Shown one piece after another: positions 1 to 8,547 of a stretch of 64,000 nt of DNA. Source of the DNA: Escherichia phage vB_EcoM_VR20; sequence record NC_028894.1. One strand, given 5' to 3'. The notes under the pieces were generated by a model, which ran no database searches, had not been told where the DNA came from, and saw only the letters and a program-made list of their open reading frames with translations. Positions within the stretch are counted from its first letter, which is position 1, and each line of letters starts with the position of its first letter. The translations under genes were made by a program, and so were the position numbers.

Positions 1-1
1 A

Positions 2-2236
2 TTATTCCTTATTGGCCGCTTCCACGGCCCTCATGATTTGAGCAACGTTCTGTACTTGTTCAGTTGACATGGCGTTACGGTTATATAAAAAGTGTGAAAC
101 AATCGGGTGATTCTTTTCAAATTCAAAAACCATTTTATCGCTTGTTACCGAAGCGTTTTTGGTCAGGTCGTCATAAATCTTATTACAAAGGACCAATGTT
201 TCCTGCATGGTCTTATCAACCGTTCCACTGTTATATGCGTTATAAGCAAAGAACTTATTGAACTGCATTAGTTCGGCATAGTCGGTGTTCACATCTTTCT
301 GAACATCTTTTGCATAAAAATACTTGAACATAAAATTCAATTCTGCATATTCAGACAGGATAGGAATATAATAACGCGAACGGCTTGAAGCAGCAATGTA
401 CTGGTCCGCATCAACTGAATCAATCAATTCCACATAACGATTGACTGCAGCTTCAATCAGACAATCACACTGCGCCAGCTTGGTAACCTTTTTCTGAAGC
501 TGTGGACGAATAACACAGAATTCATTGATTTCCAACAGATTCGCCAGTTTGCACAATGTCTGGGTCCCGAAGGTCGTGGTGCCATATTCTTGATTCAACG
601 GGGAAATGCTACTGCGGTTAATGAATACAGCATAACCATCGATTTCCTCTGCATCAGCTGCACATGTAAATTCTTCAACAGACTGCCAGCGACCATTGGT
701 TTTAGTCCAACGAATCACCGATGGAGTCTTTGACTTAACACGCTCTTTCGGGTCCGCAACCGGAATCCAGTCTTTTACAAGAGCAGTCAGTTCAGATGTA
801 CGATAGATATTAACTGTATCGCCTTTAAATCGTTCTTGAAGTTGAACCATCAGACGTGTTTGAATTTCGCTGGTTGGGTCAACGAACAATAGACTACTAC
901 CCTGCACAGTCGGAACTTTACCAGATGCTTTGAGCTTTTTGGCTTTCGCGCTGGTGTCATACAGCATTGAACTGATACCACGAATCATCGCAATTCGCCC
1001 TTTAGCATCGTCAATAACAATATTCAAGGTATCATTATGAATACCAAACATGCTTGTCAGGCTTGCAGTATTCGTGTTCGAGCTTGAGTTACGCAGACGT
1101 TTCAGACGGGTAGTGCTATAGATATCATAGACAACCCCGGCATTAATAAGGTCTTTGTCCAGCTCGAACATTTCGTACATCTGGTTAAAAGTCAGTTGTG
1201 ATTTTGTAAATTTCGTTTCAGCATTACGAGCTTTCAGAAAATTACGAGCTTCATAATTCAAACTCTGCAATTCGCGATACGTATGGCGGATACATTCTGA
1301 TTCCTGCCATTTCTTACAATCATCTTCCATGACCTTCTTATCAAGCGATTCAATACGTTCAACGATATTTGCGACCGTACGTTTGTCCAGTGATAATGCT
1401 TCGCGAGAAGGCGCAATATCCAACGAACCCATCGGGAACTTAATAAAGACAACATCATTTTTGGCAGTCATCCAGGTTTTCTTTGTATAACCGTCACCAA
1501 TCGGATAAACAATACCGCCGTAAATTGCATAAAGTCCATAACGTTCTGGGCTGCTATAATCAATACGCGCTGGAGCATAATAATCATCAAATTCTGGGAA
1601 GTAATTAATTTCGCCCACGCCTTGTACTTCAGCTAGCCCAGCAAATGGACGCATGATATATGCAATCTCGTAGCGGAACTTACCAAAATCATTACTATCG
1701 ACCGGGACAACAACTTCAATCCCTGTACGGTCGCCAGGTTTCATTGGTTCGCTAAAGGTTGGTTTAATCTGTGGACCATCGCCGTCCATATAAGCGACAT
1801 AACCATTAACTTGACCATCATGATATGAAATCAGGCTAAACGTCTCTGTATAACTGAACGGAGATTTAGAACCCAGACCAAAGCCACCAATAAAATCATT
1901 GGATTCAGCCTTGGATGATGCAAAGAAACTGTTATACAGACCTGGAGTGTTTTCATCACCACGAATCTGGAAATCACTCATACCTGGACCAAAGTCACGA
2001 CACACAAAACGTGGGTCCAGTTCACCAGGAGCTTGAACAATGAATTTATCCTGACAGCCATTGAGCATATGAGCATCAATCATATTGGTAATCAGCTCAC
2101 GGACAACTGCGCGCACCTTGTTTGTATAAAGGTCGCTGGTCAGAATCTTAAACACCTTCGGAGATGCCTGGATTGTGAATGCTGATGCCTTGGCACCATT
2201 ACCAAGGATTGTTTCCTTTTCAGTTTCTAAAATCAT
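2..2236 (-). CDS. rIIA: rIIA membrane-associated protein with N-terminal GHKL-type ATPase-like region (744 aa)
   Basis: Long ORF; N-terminal ITNMIDAH and GGFGLGSKSPF ATPase-like motifs; size and position (left genome end, downstream of topoisomerase gene) match T4 rIIA. Confidence 0.85.
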   Translation of the reverse strand: MILETEKETILGNGAKASAFTIQASPKVFKILTSDLYTNKVRAVVRELITNMIDAHMLNGCQDKFIVQAPGELDPRFVCRDFGPGMSDFQIRGDENTPGLYNSFFASSKAESNDFIGGFGLGSKSPFSYTETFSLISYHDGQVNGYVAYMDGDGPQIKPTFSEPMKPGDRTGIEVVVPVDSNDFGKFRYEIAYIMRPFAGLAEVQGVGEINYFPEFDDYYAPARIDYSSPERYGLYAIYGGIVYPIGDGYTKKTWMTAKNDVVFIKFPMGSLDIAPSREALSLDKRTVANIVERIESLDKKVMEDDCKKWQESECIRHTYRELQSLNYEARNFLKARNAETKFTKSQLTFNQMYEMFELDKDLINAGVVYDIYSTTRLKRLRNSSSNTNTASLTSMFGIHNDTLNIVIDDAKGRIAMIRGISSMLYDTSAKAKKLKASGKVPTVQGSSLLFVDPTSEIQTRLMVQLQERFKGDTVNIYRTSELTALVKDWIPVADPKERVKSKTPSVIRWTKTNGRWQSVEEFTCAADAEEIDGYAVFINRSSISPLNQEYGTTTFGTQTLCKLANLLEINEFCVIRPQLQKKVTKLAQCDCLIEAAVNRYVELIDSVDADQYIAASSRSRYYIPILSEYAELNFMFKYFYAKDVQKDVNTDYAELMQFNKFFAYNAYNSGTVDKTMQETLVLCNKIYDDLTKNASVTSDKMVFEFEKNHPIVSHFLYNRNAMSTEQVQNVAQIMRAVEAANKE

Positions 2237-2243
2237 GTTTTTC

Positions 2244-2453
2244 TCACTTTATGTTACGTTTGATTAATTCTGCAACTTCAAGAAGTTCATCCTTTGTTGC
2301 GGTGTCTGAAGCTATTTTAATACGGATTTCTTTGAAGCGTTCTTTAAACTCTTCAGCTTCTCTTATATCAAAAAATCGTTGGATAACGCGGTATTCTTTA
2401 TGGACAGCTTTATCAAACAGTTCCATATTAACTTTGAAGTTCGTCATTTCCAA
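2244..2453 (-). CDS. small hypothetical protein at the rIIA.1 position
   Basis: 69-aa ORF, codirectional and tightly packed with rIIA. Confidence 0.4.
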   Translation of the reverse strand: MEMTNFKVNMELFDKAVHKEYRVIQRFFDIREAEEFKERFKEIRIKIASDTATKDELLEVAELIKRNIK

Positions 2454-2712
2454 TCTCCTGTAATATTTTTCTCATACTACGCATGGTAGCTTTATGTTCT
2501 TGGTCATGGTATATCAATGCAAGGAGTGCTTCAATTCGCTCCTCAGGGACCTTCTCGCCAGCCTTAATGCTCATGGCTGTTGTTCTTACAGCTAACAAGT
2601 AACTTCGCTTCCTGTCGCTATCTGGGAGCTCCTGTACCTTCCTCAGGCCTGCTTCCATGATACAGCGTGCAACATTCTGCAGATTAACTAAACTTCCGTC
2701 AGACATAATCAT
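2428..2712 (-). CDS. hypothetical protein
   Basis: 94-aa ORF, codirectional, short overlap with downstream gene. Confidence 0.4.
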   Translation of the reverse strand: MIMSDGSLVNLQNVARCIMEAGLRKVQELPDSDRKRSYLLAVRTTAMSIKAGEKVPEERIEALLALIYHDQEHKATMRSMRKILQEIGNDELQS

Positions 2713-2760
2713 ATTTTCACCTCAAAGACATATTAACACAATTTTTGTGGCTTGTACATA

Positions 2761-2785
2761 ATAAAAAGGTCTCCCGAAGGAGACC
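2761..2785 (-). terminator. stem-loop terminator, GGTCTCC-UUCG-GGAGACC followed by U-run on minus strand
   Basis: Perfect 7-bp stem with UUCG tetraloop then T-run, directly after the stop of the 2791..2979 ORF. Confidence 0.6.
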
Positions 2786-2790
2786 AAATT

Positions 2791-2979
2791 TTATTCTACT
2801 TTATAGACCTGACCATACGCCATGAAAGTTTCACCTTCCCAGGTTTCGCATGTGATTGTTACAAATTCTGCAAACAAAGGTTTTTTCTCTGCCCAGAGAA
2901 AACCATATTCACCGGTAGCGAGTGTAATCCAGTATTTAGTCATATTGTCTCCTAGTAGAGGGAGAATATTCTCCCACAT
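2791..2979 (-). CDS. small hypothetical protein
   Basis: 62-aa ORF between topoisomerase gene and terminator hairpin. Confidence 0.35.
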   Translation of the reverse strand: MWENILPLLGDNMTKYWITLATGEYGFLWAEKKPLFAEFVTITCETWEGETFMAYGQVYKVE

Positions 2980-2983
2980 CTAT

Positions 2984-4816
2984 TTATAGCGTCGCATTCA
3001 TCCAATCTTTACGCTGCTGGGAATCTTTACCGAATAGCATTTCGAACAGTTCTTTCCAGTTGTCGGGCAATTGAACAACTTCGAATACCGGTTCGAGCAA
3101 TACACGTTTATACTCGGAATCTTCCAGAGAGCCAAGCCCCTTGATATATCGGATGGTGTGCTTCGGAAGTTTATCCTTAGCTTCTTCATAATCAGGAAGA
3201 GAATAGAACCATTCTTGTTTATCTTTGAGCTGCGCAATAATAACAGGAGTTTTCACAAAGCGAATTCGTCCTTCATGGAACAGCTCTGGCCAGTTACTGA
3301 AAAACGCCAATAATGATGGATAGATACTACCGACGCCATCCACATCCGCATCTGTCATGATAGCAATGTTTCGGTAATTCATATTCTCGGCCGGTTGCCC
3401 AATCGTTAACCCAGTAATTGCACACACATCAAAGGCTTCAGCGTTCTTCATAACGTCAACAGCTTTCAAACCCCATGTGTTTTTAAACTTACCACGTAAC
3501 GGATAAGCACCTTGCAATTCACGGTCGCGAACCTTGATAAATGGACCCGTTGCAGAATCCCCTTCGGTCAGGAACAAAGTCGTTTCCAGTTTGTCATTGC
3601 CCCATTCGTTGGCCTTGATGTGTTTCTGTACCTTGGCCTTCGAAGCTTTCTTATTCGCCTTAGTCTCTGCAGCTTTCTCTGCCGCCAATTTACGAGCTAA
3701 TGCAGCTTCGACAATCGGCATAATCAGCGATTCATTTTTCAGAATAGCTTGTGCGATTTTCTTGGCATCAATCTTAATGTGATTTCGAATTTCACCAGCC
3801 GGGGAAGTCAATCGTTCCTTGGTCTGGGAATCAAATCGCATATTGCTCATATCGCGGATGAACATAAGCATGGTGAGGCATTCTTTAACTCGTGCCTTGG
3901 TCACCTCGATACCTTTGTATTTGCGCTTAATGGCTGGTTGGAGGTGTTCACAGATATCATCCATAACACATTCAACGTGGTGCCCACCATTCTTTGTATG
4001 GATGTTGTTAACATAAGTCAACTGACGGAAACCGTCTGGGCTGGTCGTGAAAGCCATTGATACCGTATCCGTTTCCTGGATAACAACTTCAGTCCCGAAT
4101 TGTTTGGAGAACTTCTTGAAGTTGCCATCAACCTTTTTACCATTAAAGGTGAACTGAATATCCGGGTAAACAACCGCAAGAGTCTGCAGACGGTCCAATG
4201 TAATATCCAGATAAATCTGGGACAAACTATTTTCTTCGAAGTGGCTAAAGTCCGGAACAAAGATAACAGTTGTGCCTTTACCCTTAGATTTCTTGGTAGA
4301 CCAACCTTTGTTTTCCATACCGTTGGAGCAGTTAACAGTAATTTCATTTACACCATCAGCGGTAATCCCTGTAAACAATACAGAGAAAATATTGGTCAGA
4401 GAAGACCCGACGCCATTCATCCCACCGGTTTTACGTTCAGCATCATCACCGAAGTTGCCCCCAGCTTTTGGAATAGTCCACGCTGCAACTGGCCCAGGGA
4501 TTTGTTCACCGCTTTGGTCGACAACCATTGCCTGCGGAATACCACGACCATTATCAGAAACTGAAATCTGATTATCTTTAATTTGAACATCAATTTTATT
4601 GGCAAATTTAAAACTGGTGCGAATTGCTTCATCAACAGAGTTATCGATAATTTCATCAATCAGTTTTACAATACCAGGAACATAGCTTACGGACTTATAT
4701 TCACCAAACAAGAATCGCTCATGCGCTTCATTTGAACTGGAACCAATATACATCCCGGAACGTTTTTTGATATGCTCGACGTCCGAGAGTACTTTAATTT
4801 CATTATTAATCATCAT
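2984..4816 (-). CDS. 39: DNA topoisomerase II large subunit, fused 39+60 type (GyrB-like ATPase plus Toprim)
   Basis: 610-aa ORF; GHKL ATPase motifs (DNSVDEAI, GGHHVECV region) and Toprim-like LTEGDSA and MTDADVDG motifs; T4 gene 39 position. Confidence 0.9.
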   Translation of the reverse strand: MMINNEIKVLSDVEHIKKRSGMYIGSSSNEAHERFLFGEYKSVSYVPGIVKLIDEIIDNSVDEAIRTSFKFANKIDVQIKDNQISVSDNGRGIPQAMVVDQSGEQIPGPVAAWTIPKAGGNFGDDAERKTGGMNGVGSSLTNIFSVLFTGITADGVNEITVNCSNGMENKGWSTKKSKGKGTTVIFVPDFSHFEENSLSQIYLDITLDRLQTLAVVYPDIQFTFNGKKVDGNFKKFSKQFGTEVVIQETDTVSMAFTTSPDGFRQLTYVNNIHTKNGGHHVECVMDDICEHLQPAIKRKYKGIEVTKARVKECLTMLMFIRDMSNMRFDSQTKERLTSPAGEIRNHIKIDAKKIAQAILKNESLIMPIVEAALARKLAAEKAAETKANKKASKAKVQKHIKANEWGNDKLETTLFLTEGDSATGPFIKVRDRELQGAYPLRGKFKNTWGLKAVDVMKNAEAFDVCAITGLTIGQPAENMNYRNIAIMTDADVDGVGSIYPSLLAFFSNWPELFHEGRIRFVKTPVIIAQLKDKQEWFYSLPDYEEAKDKLPKHTIRYIKGLGSLEDSEYKRVLLEPVFEVVQLPDNWKELFEMLFGKDSQQRKDWMNATL

Positions 4817-4861
4817 CTTTCCTCTTGTGTATGGAGGTATTATAAGTCACATATTTTAAAG

Positions 4862-4880
4862 CAAAAAGGCCCGAAGGCCT
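4862..4880 (-). terminator. stem-loop terminator, AGGCC-UUCG-GGCCU plus U-run
   Basis: Hairpin with UUCG loop and T-run overlapping the stop of the lipoprotein gene. Confidence 0.55.
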
Positions 4881-5140
4881 TATTCAAATCGAATGGTTGA
4901 ATTCTTGAACAACAATCCAGAACAAACAGTTCCTTTGACCTGTTTACCGGTCGGACCCACTGCTGTAAAACCAGTACGTTGGAAGTCATCTTCAGAACAC
5001 CCAAACAAACTATACCCAGTGATTTGGATTTGCTCAAAACCATTGGCATTCAAAACCTTAGTAGCATTATCGGCGTCAGTGCACCCGACCAGAGAAACGG
5101 CAAGAACCAGTGCAGCAATAGAACGATTTACGTATTTCAT
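4880..5140 (-). CDS. putative lipoprotein
   Basis: 86-aa ORF with signal peptide ending in lipobox-like LVGC. Confidence 0.5.
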   Translation of the reverse strand: MKYVNRSIAALVLAVSLVGCTDADNATKVLNANGFEQIQITGYSLFGCSEDDFQRTGFTAVGPTGKQVKGTVCSGLLFKNSTIRFE

Positions 5141-5146
5141 AATTTC

Positions 5147-5320
5147 TCACTTAAGCAGGTCGTAGAACCCGCCATTAACATGTTTAGGAGCAGAGACTAA
5201 CCGAACAGCCAGCCGATGGCAATCAGGACAAACATCAGTATCTCTTTCAGAGATTTTCTTGATTTTTTCGTATTCTTTCGCACAGTCTTCAGATTGGCAT
5301 TTGTAATCATAAAGTGGCAT
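5147..5320 (-). CDS. small zinc-ribbon protein (CxxC...CxxC), not in the ORF track
   Basis: Hand translation of minus strand gives MPLYDYKCQSEDCAKEYEKIKKISERDTDVCPDCHRLAVRLVSAPKHVNGGFYDLLK; two CxxC pairs. Confidence 0.4.
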   Translation of the reverse strand: MPLYDYKCQSEDCAKEYEKIKKISERDTDVCPDCHRLAVRLVSAPKHVNGGFYDLLK

Positions 5321-5327
5321 CTCTAAA

Positions 5328-5687
5328 TTATTCCTTAAAGTGTGCTTTCAACATCTGGAAAACTGACCAGGCTTCTTCATTATTACTAATGGTGATTTTA
5401 GTCAATGGGAATGCAGTGATTTCTGGAGCTTCAGTTTCTTCATCGCCGTCATCTTTTTCTTCTTCAAAGAAACGACGTTCATCTTCCTTTATGAATAGTT
5501 TCTCTATTCCACCGGTCGAAAATTCTATCCGATATACATCACCACCTTCAATTCCGACTGGTCTAAATCCTTCACCATTGATTATAGCATCAGCTATATT
5601 ATCATTATCCGTGCATAACAAACGGAATCTGCTTTCAGCAACATTATCTTTAAAATAATACCATTTATCAGTTTCAAATTTAGACAT
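5328..5687 (-). CDS. hypothetical acidic protein (start trimmed to MSKFETDKW)
   Basis: ORF 5328..5828 trimmed to an internal Met that abuts the upstream gene stop. Confidence 0.4.
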   Translation of the reverse strand: MSKFETDKWYYFKDNVAESRFRLLCTDNDNIADAIINGEGFRPVGIEGGDVYRIEFSTGGIEKLFIKEDERRFFEEEKDDGDEETEAPEITAFPLTKITISNNEEAWSVFQMLKAHFKE

Positions 5688-5904
5688 TATAAGTCTCCTT
5701 CCAAAAATCTGTACCATCTTCTGATTCTTCACGAAAAAGCGCATAGCTTGGTAGCTGTGCGTCTTTATTTTCATACACATAAATGATATCAGTTGTGCAA
5801 AGAAACTCATTGATGTTTTTCTTAACAATCACTTTATCACTTTCAGCAGTGTCCCAAAACTCTTCAGCGGTCAGGGAAGTGGTCACACAATCTTCATTGA
5901 ACAT
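5680..5904 (-). CDS. small hypothetical protein
   Basis: 74-aa ORF preceded by GAGGA-type ribosome-binding site. Confidence 0.4.
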   Translation of the reverse strand: MFNEDCVTTSLTAEEFWDTAESDKVIVKKNINEFLCTTDIIYVYENKDAQLPSYALFREESEDGTDFWKETYNV

Positions 5905-5952
5905 AATATTCTCCTCATTGATAGGGCAAAATTACCCTATCATTTTTATAAT

Positions 5953-6435
5953 TTATGCTTTTGCTGCGCCGCAATAATTAAAGATAAACTGCTCCGGGAC
6001 TACTTTATATGTTCCACGGAATACAATGTTGTAAAGCTTAACACCATCTTCAACCCACTGGTCTGTAATCCAACCTGCCATTTCTTTAGTTTCATATGCA
6101 TCGCCATACGGTTTAAATGGAACTGGAGTTATGAAACGAATACTTTTACCTAATTTCCATTTAAAATCAACACCAACATGAGACTGGTCAATGGTTTCAA
6201 CTTCTTCAACTACTGGAGCGATATATCCAGTAAATTCAGTTGATTCCAGGAATTTAGGATGTACATAAGCCAATTGAGTTTCAGTATGGCCATGTTTAGG
6301 AATAATACGCACTTTAACTTCTTTAATTCCACCTACTAAATTAGTGCGAAGACCCACAACCTCAACAAAACGCCCAGCAGCTTTAGAACGAGATTCTTTA
6401 GAAACACGTACAATATCACCAGCTTCAACTTTCAT
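5953..6435 (-). CDS. hypothetical protein sharing a C-terminal domain with the next gene
   Basis: 160-aa ORF; C-terminal GWITDQWVEDGVKLYNIVF...VVP also present in the 6512..7267 product. Confidence 0.5.
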   Translation of the reverse strand: MKVEAGDIVRVSKESRSKAAGRFVEVVGLRTNLVGGIKEVKVRIIPKHGHTETQLAYVHPKFLESTEFTGYIAPVVEEVETIDQSHVGVDFKWKLGKSIRFITPVPFKPYGDAYETKEMAGWITDQWVEDGVKLYNIVFRGTYKVVPEQFIFNYCGAAKA

Positions 6436-6511
6436 AATTTTCTCTCTTGGTTAATAAGTTTATTCTCCAGTGGGGTCATTATACTCTGACCCCAAGAGTT
6501 TGTACACAAAT

Positions 6512-7267
6512 TTAATTATAAATTTTAACTACCATAGAACGTGGTACAACAGTAAATTCACCAGCATGGACAACGTTCAGGAGTTCAACACCATCTTCAA
6601 TCCACTGGTCTGTTACCCAACCACAAATGGAACTATTAAATGGGCGTTTGATTTGAACTGGTTTACATAGCAAGTCAATAGGGTCACCCAGCTCGCTAAC
6701 TTCTTCCAGCAGTACAGATTCACGCGGATAAAGGATAGCTTCAAGATTGTCACCTGATTCGTTGACTGCAGTAAATTCAAAGATGCTTTGGTGATTGTGG
6801 TACTTAACTGTTTTAACGGTAAATGGAGTAAATCCAAAAATACCTTTCAGTACCCGCCAACCAGCATGCATTGCGACAGTCTTTCCAAATTGACTATCAT
6901 CTTCAATAAGCTGATAGGTTTTACCAACTTTGATAGGAGTTTCTTCAACTTCTTTGAAGAGTTCAATCTCAGCTTCATAAACCATAATTTTTTCTACTTC
7001 ATTTGTATCAAGGCGACGTGCATGTAGAATATATGCTTTATCAAACCAGTTACTTTTTACAAAAGTTTCAACAATAAATTCACCTTCACCTAAAGCATCA
7101 GTCAGAGTATTATACCCAGAAACCATAGCTGCATTTTGAATAATAGGTTCAACCAGTTGATAAGTTTTGTTAATTTCAATAGTCATATTTTGTTTCTCAA
7201 GTTTTAATGGTTTAATTGGGCGAACATACATACTTACAACATCAAAGTCAATAAATTCTGGTTTCAT
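6512..7267 (-). CDS. hypothetical protein, paralog of the 5953..6435 product, with internal KTYQL repeat
   Basis: 251-aa ORF; C-terminal GWVTDQWIEDGVELLNVV...VVP; INKTYQLVEP and VGKTYQLIED internal repeats. Confidence 0.5.
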   Translation of the reverse strand: MKPEFIDFDVVSMYVRPIKPLKLEKQNMTIEINKTYQLVEPIIQNAAMVSGYNTLTDALGEGEFIVETFVKSNWFDKAYILHARRLDTNEVEKIMVYEAEIELFKEVEETPIKVGKTYQLIEDDSQFGKTVAMHAGWRVLKGIFGFTPFTVKTVKYHNHQSIFEFTAVNESGDNLEAILYPRESVLLEEVSELGDPIDLLCKPVQIKRPFNSSICGWVTDQWIEDGVELLNVVHAGEFTVVPRSMVVKIYN

Positions 7268-7524
7268 TATGCAACCTTATTGAACATCGCCAGTTGATTA
7301 TGTTGTACAACCATAATTTCACGACGACCTTTTGTGTTTGACACATTCAAGTAAATGCCTTTGTTCATGTCTGTTTCTTTATCATATACCGCAATTTTAT
7401 TGACAGTAAAGATTTTACCACGAATATTTGTAAATGCACATTCAAACGCTTTAGTCAGACCTGCTTCAGCAGCTTGAAGAGCAGACATTTCATATTGTTG
7501 GCCAATTTCAAAAGAAGTAATCAT
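7267..7524 (-). CDS. hypothetical protein (start trimmed to MITSFEIG)
   Basis: Track ORF 7267..7572 reads through the conserved promoter leader (STTDEDNKM); trimmed to the Met after the GAGGA site. Confidence 0.45.
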   Translation of the reverse strand: MITSFEIGQQYEMSALQAAEAGLTKAFECAFTNIRGKIFTVNKIAVYDKETDMNKGIYLNVSNTKGRREIMVVQHNQLAMFNKVA

Positions 7525-7555
7525 TTTGTTATCCTCATCAGTAGTTGATGAGATG

Positions 7556-7585
7556 ATTATGTCTCTTTCCATTGGCCTTGTACAC
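7556..7585 (-). promoter_or_regulatory. sigma70-type early promoter, -35 TGTACA, 17-bp spacer, -10 CATAAT, with conserved CATCAACTACTGATGAGGA leader
   Basis: Motif read on minus strand upstream of the 7524 start; member of a repeated promoter family. Confidence 0.5.
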
Positions 7586-7591
7586 TACTTT

Positions 7592-8275
7592 TTATCGTTT
7601 TTTCGGTAAAGATAACGGGTCTGCATCTTCTTCGGAAGGAACTTCATCTAAACCAAGAGCATAGCGCTGGGCATACTTTAACATCAAAATATCTTTCGCG
7701 CAGTCATGTACCGAATCGTGCGCCACAAATCCATCTAAAGTCCCTTTCGGTAATGGGGTTTCACACATCTTACGGACGAGTGACAAGGCTTCGATGGCTG
7801 TCCTGATATCTCGCTGGTTCCAGAATACAACCGGCTCCAGGTTATAGGTATTCAATTCACGCTCAGGAATCCCCTCATTGCGCTGTAGGTCACGGATAAG
7901 GTCGACAAACAACGGGAAGTCAAAAGACATTCCACGGCACCACATAAGGCTTTCGTATTTGTTAATTCCATTACCATTCAGATAGTCAATCGCCTGTTGG
8001 ATACCGGTCAGAGTATCAACATCATGCGCAGAAGGAGCCAGGTTAACACGGGCTTCTGCTGATTGCTTTTTCCACCAACCCATGGTTGTTGTATCGAACA
8101 GACGCTTACCTTTCTGGTATTCTAGGCTGAACTTAATGCGTTTACCGCGATTAACCAGAGTTTCAAAAGATTCCACAATAGCCGGGTCAGATTCGAACGT
8201 AATCAGAGCCAGGTCAATAACGGCTCCCTTCGAGCCGTTTCCCAGAGTTTCAAAGTCAATAATAGCATCAATCAT
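7592..8275 (-). CDS. dexA: exonuclease A (DEDD-family 3'-5' exonuclease)
   Basis: About 227 aa; IIDFETLG N-terminal motif, WCRGMSFDFP and GFVAHDSVHDCAKD regions as I recall T4 DexA; correct position upstream of dda. Confidence 0.8.
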   Translation of the reverse strand: MIDAIIDFETLGNGSKGAVIDLALITFESDPAIVESFETLVNRGKRIKFSLEYQKGKRLFDTTTMGWWKKQSAEARVNLAPSAHDVDTLTGIQQAIDYLNGNGINKYESLMWCRGMSFDFPLFVDLIRDLQRNEGIPERELNTYNLEPVVFWNQRDIRTAIEALSLVRKMCETPLPKGTLDGFVAHDSVHDCAKDILMLKYAQRYALGLDEVPSEEDADPLSLPKKR

Positions 8276-8277
8276 CA

Positions 8278-8352
8278 CACATCTCTTTTAATTTCTGAAT
8301 TTCACCAGCAACCATCGCACATCTCTTTTAATTTCTGAATTTCACCAGCAAC
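8278..8352. repeat. tandem duplication, two 35-bp copies at a 40-bp period
   Basis: cacatctcttttaatttctgaatttcaccagcaac at 8278-8312 and again at 8318-8352; spans the dexA start and the 3' end of the upstream ORF. Confidence 0.85.
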
Positions 8353-8547
8353 ATAGTCGGAGATAAAAATTCCTGGCTCTTCATTGTTAAAATACTCAAT
8401 CGCGGCCATACGTTTCCGAATAAGATTCAGTTCCAGTAAAACGTAATTACCCTGCACGACGATAGTCGGATTATCTTCGAAAAATTCAACCGCGTCCTGA
8501 ATACCATAGATGAGATTATCTAAATCTTCTTTATGTACCTTATACAT
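8302..8547 (-). CDS. small hypothetical protein whose C-terminus is altered by the tandem duplication
   Basis: 81-aa ORF ending EIQKLKEMCDGCW; without the duplication it would end EMCDDD overlapping the dexA start. Confidence 0.45.
   Translation of the reverse strand: MYKVHKEDLDNLIYGIQDAVEFFEDNPTIVVQGNYVLLELNLIRKRMAAIEYFNNEEPGIFISDYVAGEIQKLKEMCDGCW

Noticed and set aside
2-2236. First ORF as a second topoisomerase/gyrase ATPase subunit
   Set aside because: It has GHKL-like motifs, but the true fused topoisomerase with a Toprim region is at 2984-4816, and the size, position and N-terminus fit rIIA.
7267-7572. N-terminal extensions in the ORF track containing STTDEDNKM or STTEENTM (also 11047-11694, 13914-14246, 51417-51701)
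   Set aside because: They come from in-frame read-through of the conserved promoter leader upstream of the real start. Starts were trimmed to the Met after the GAGGA site.
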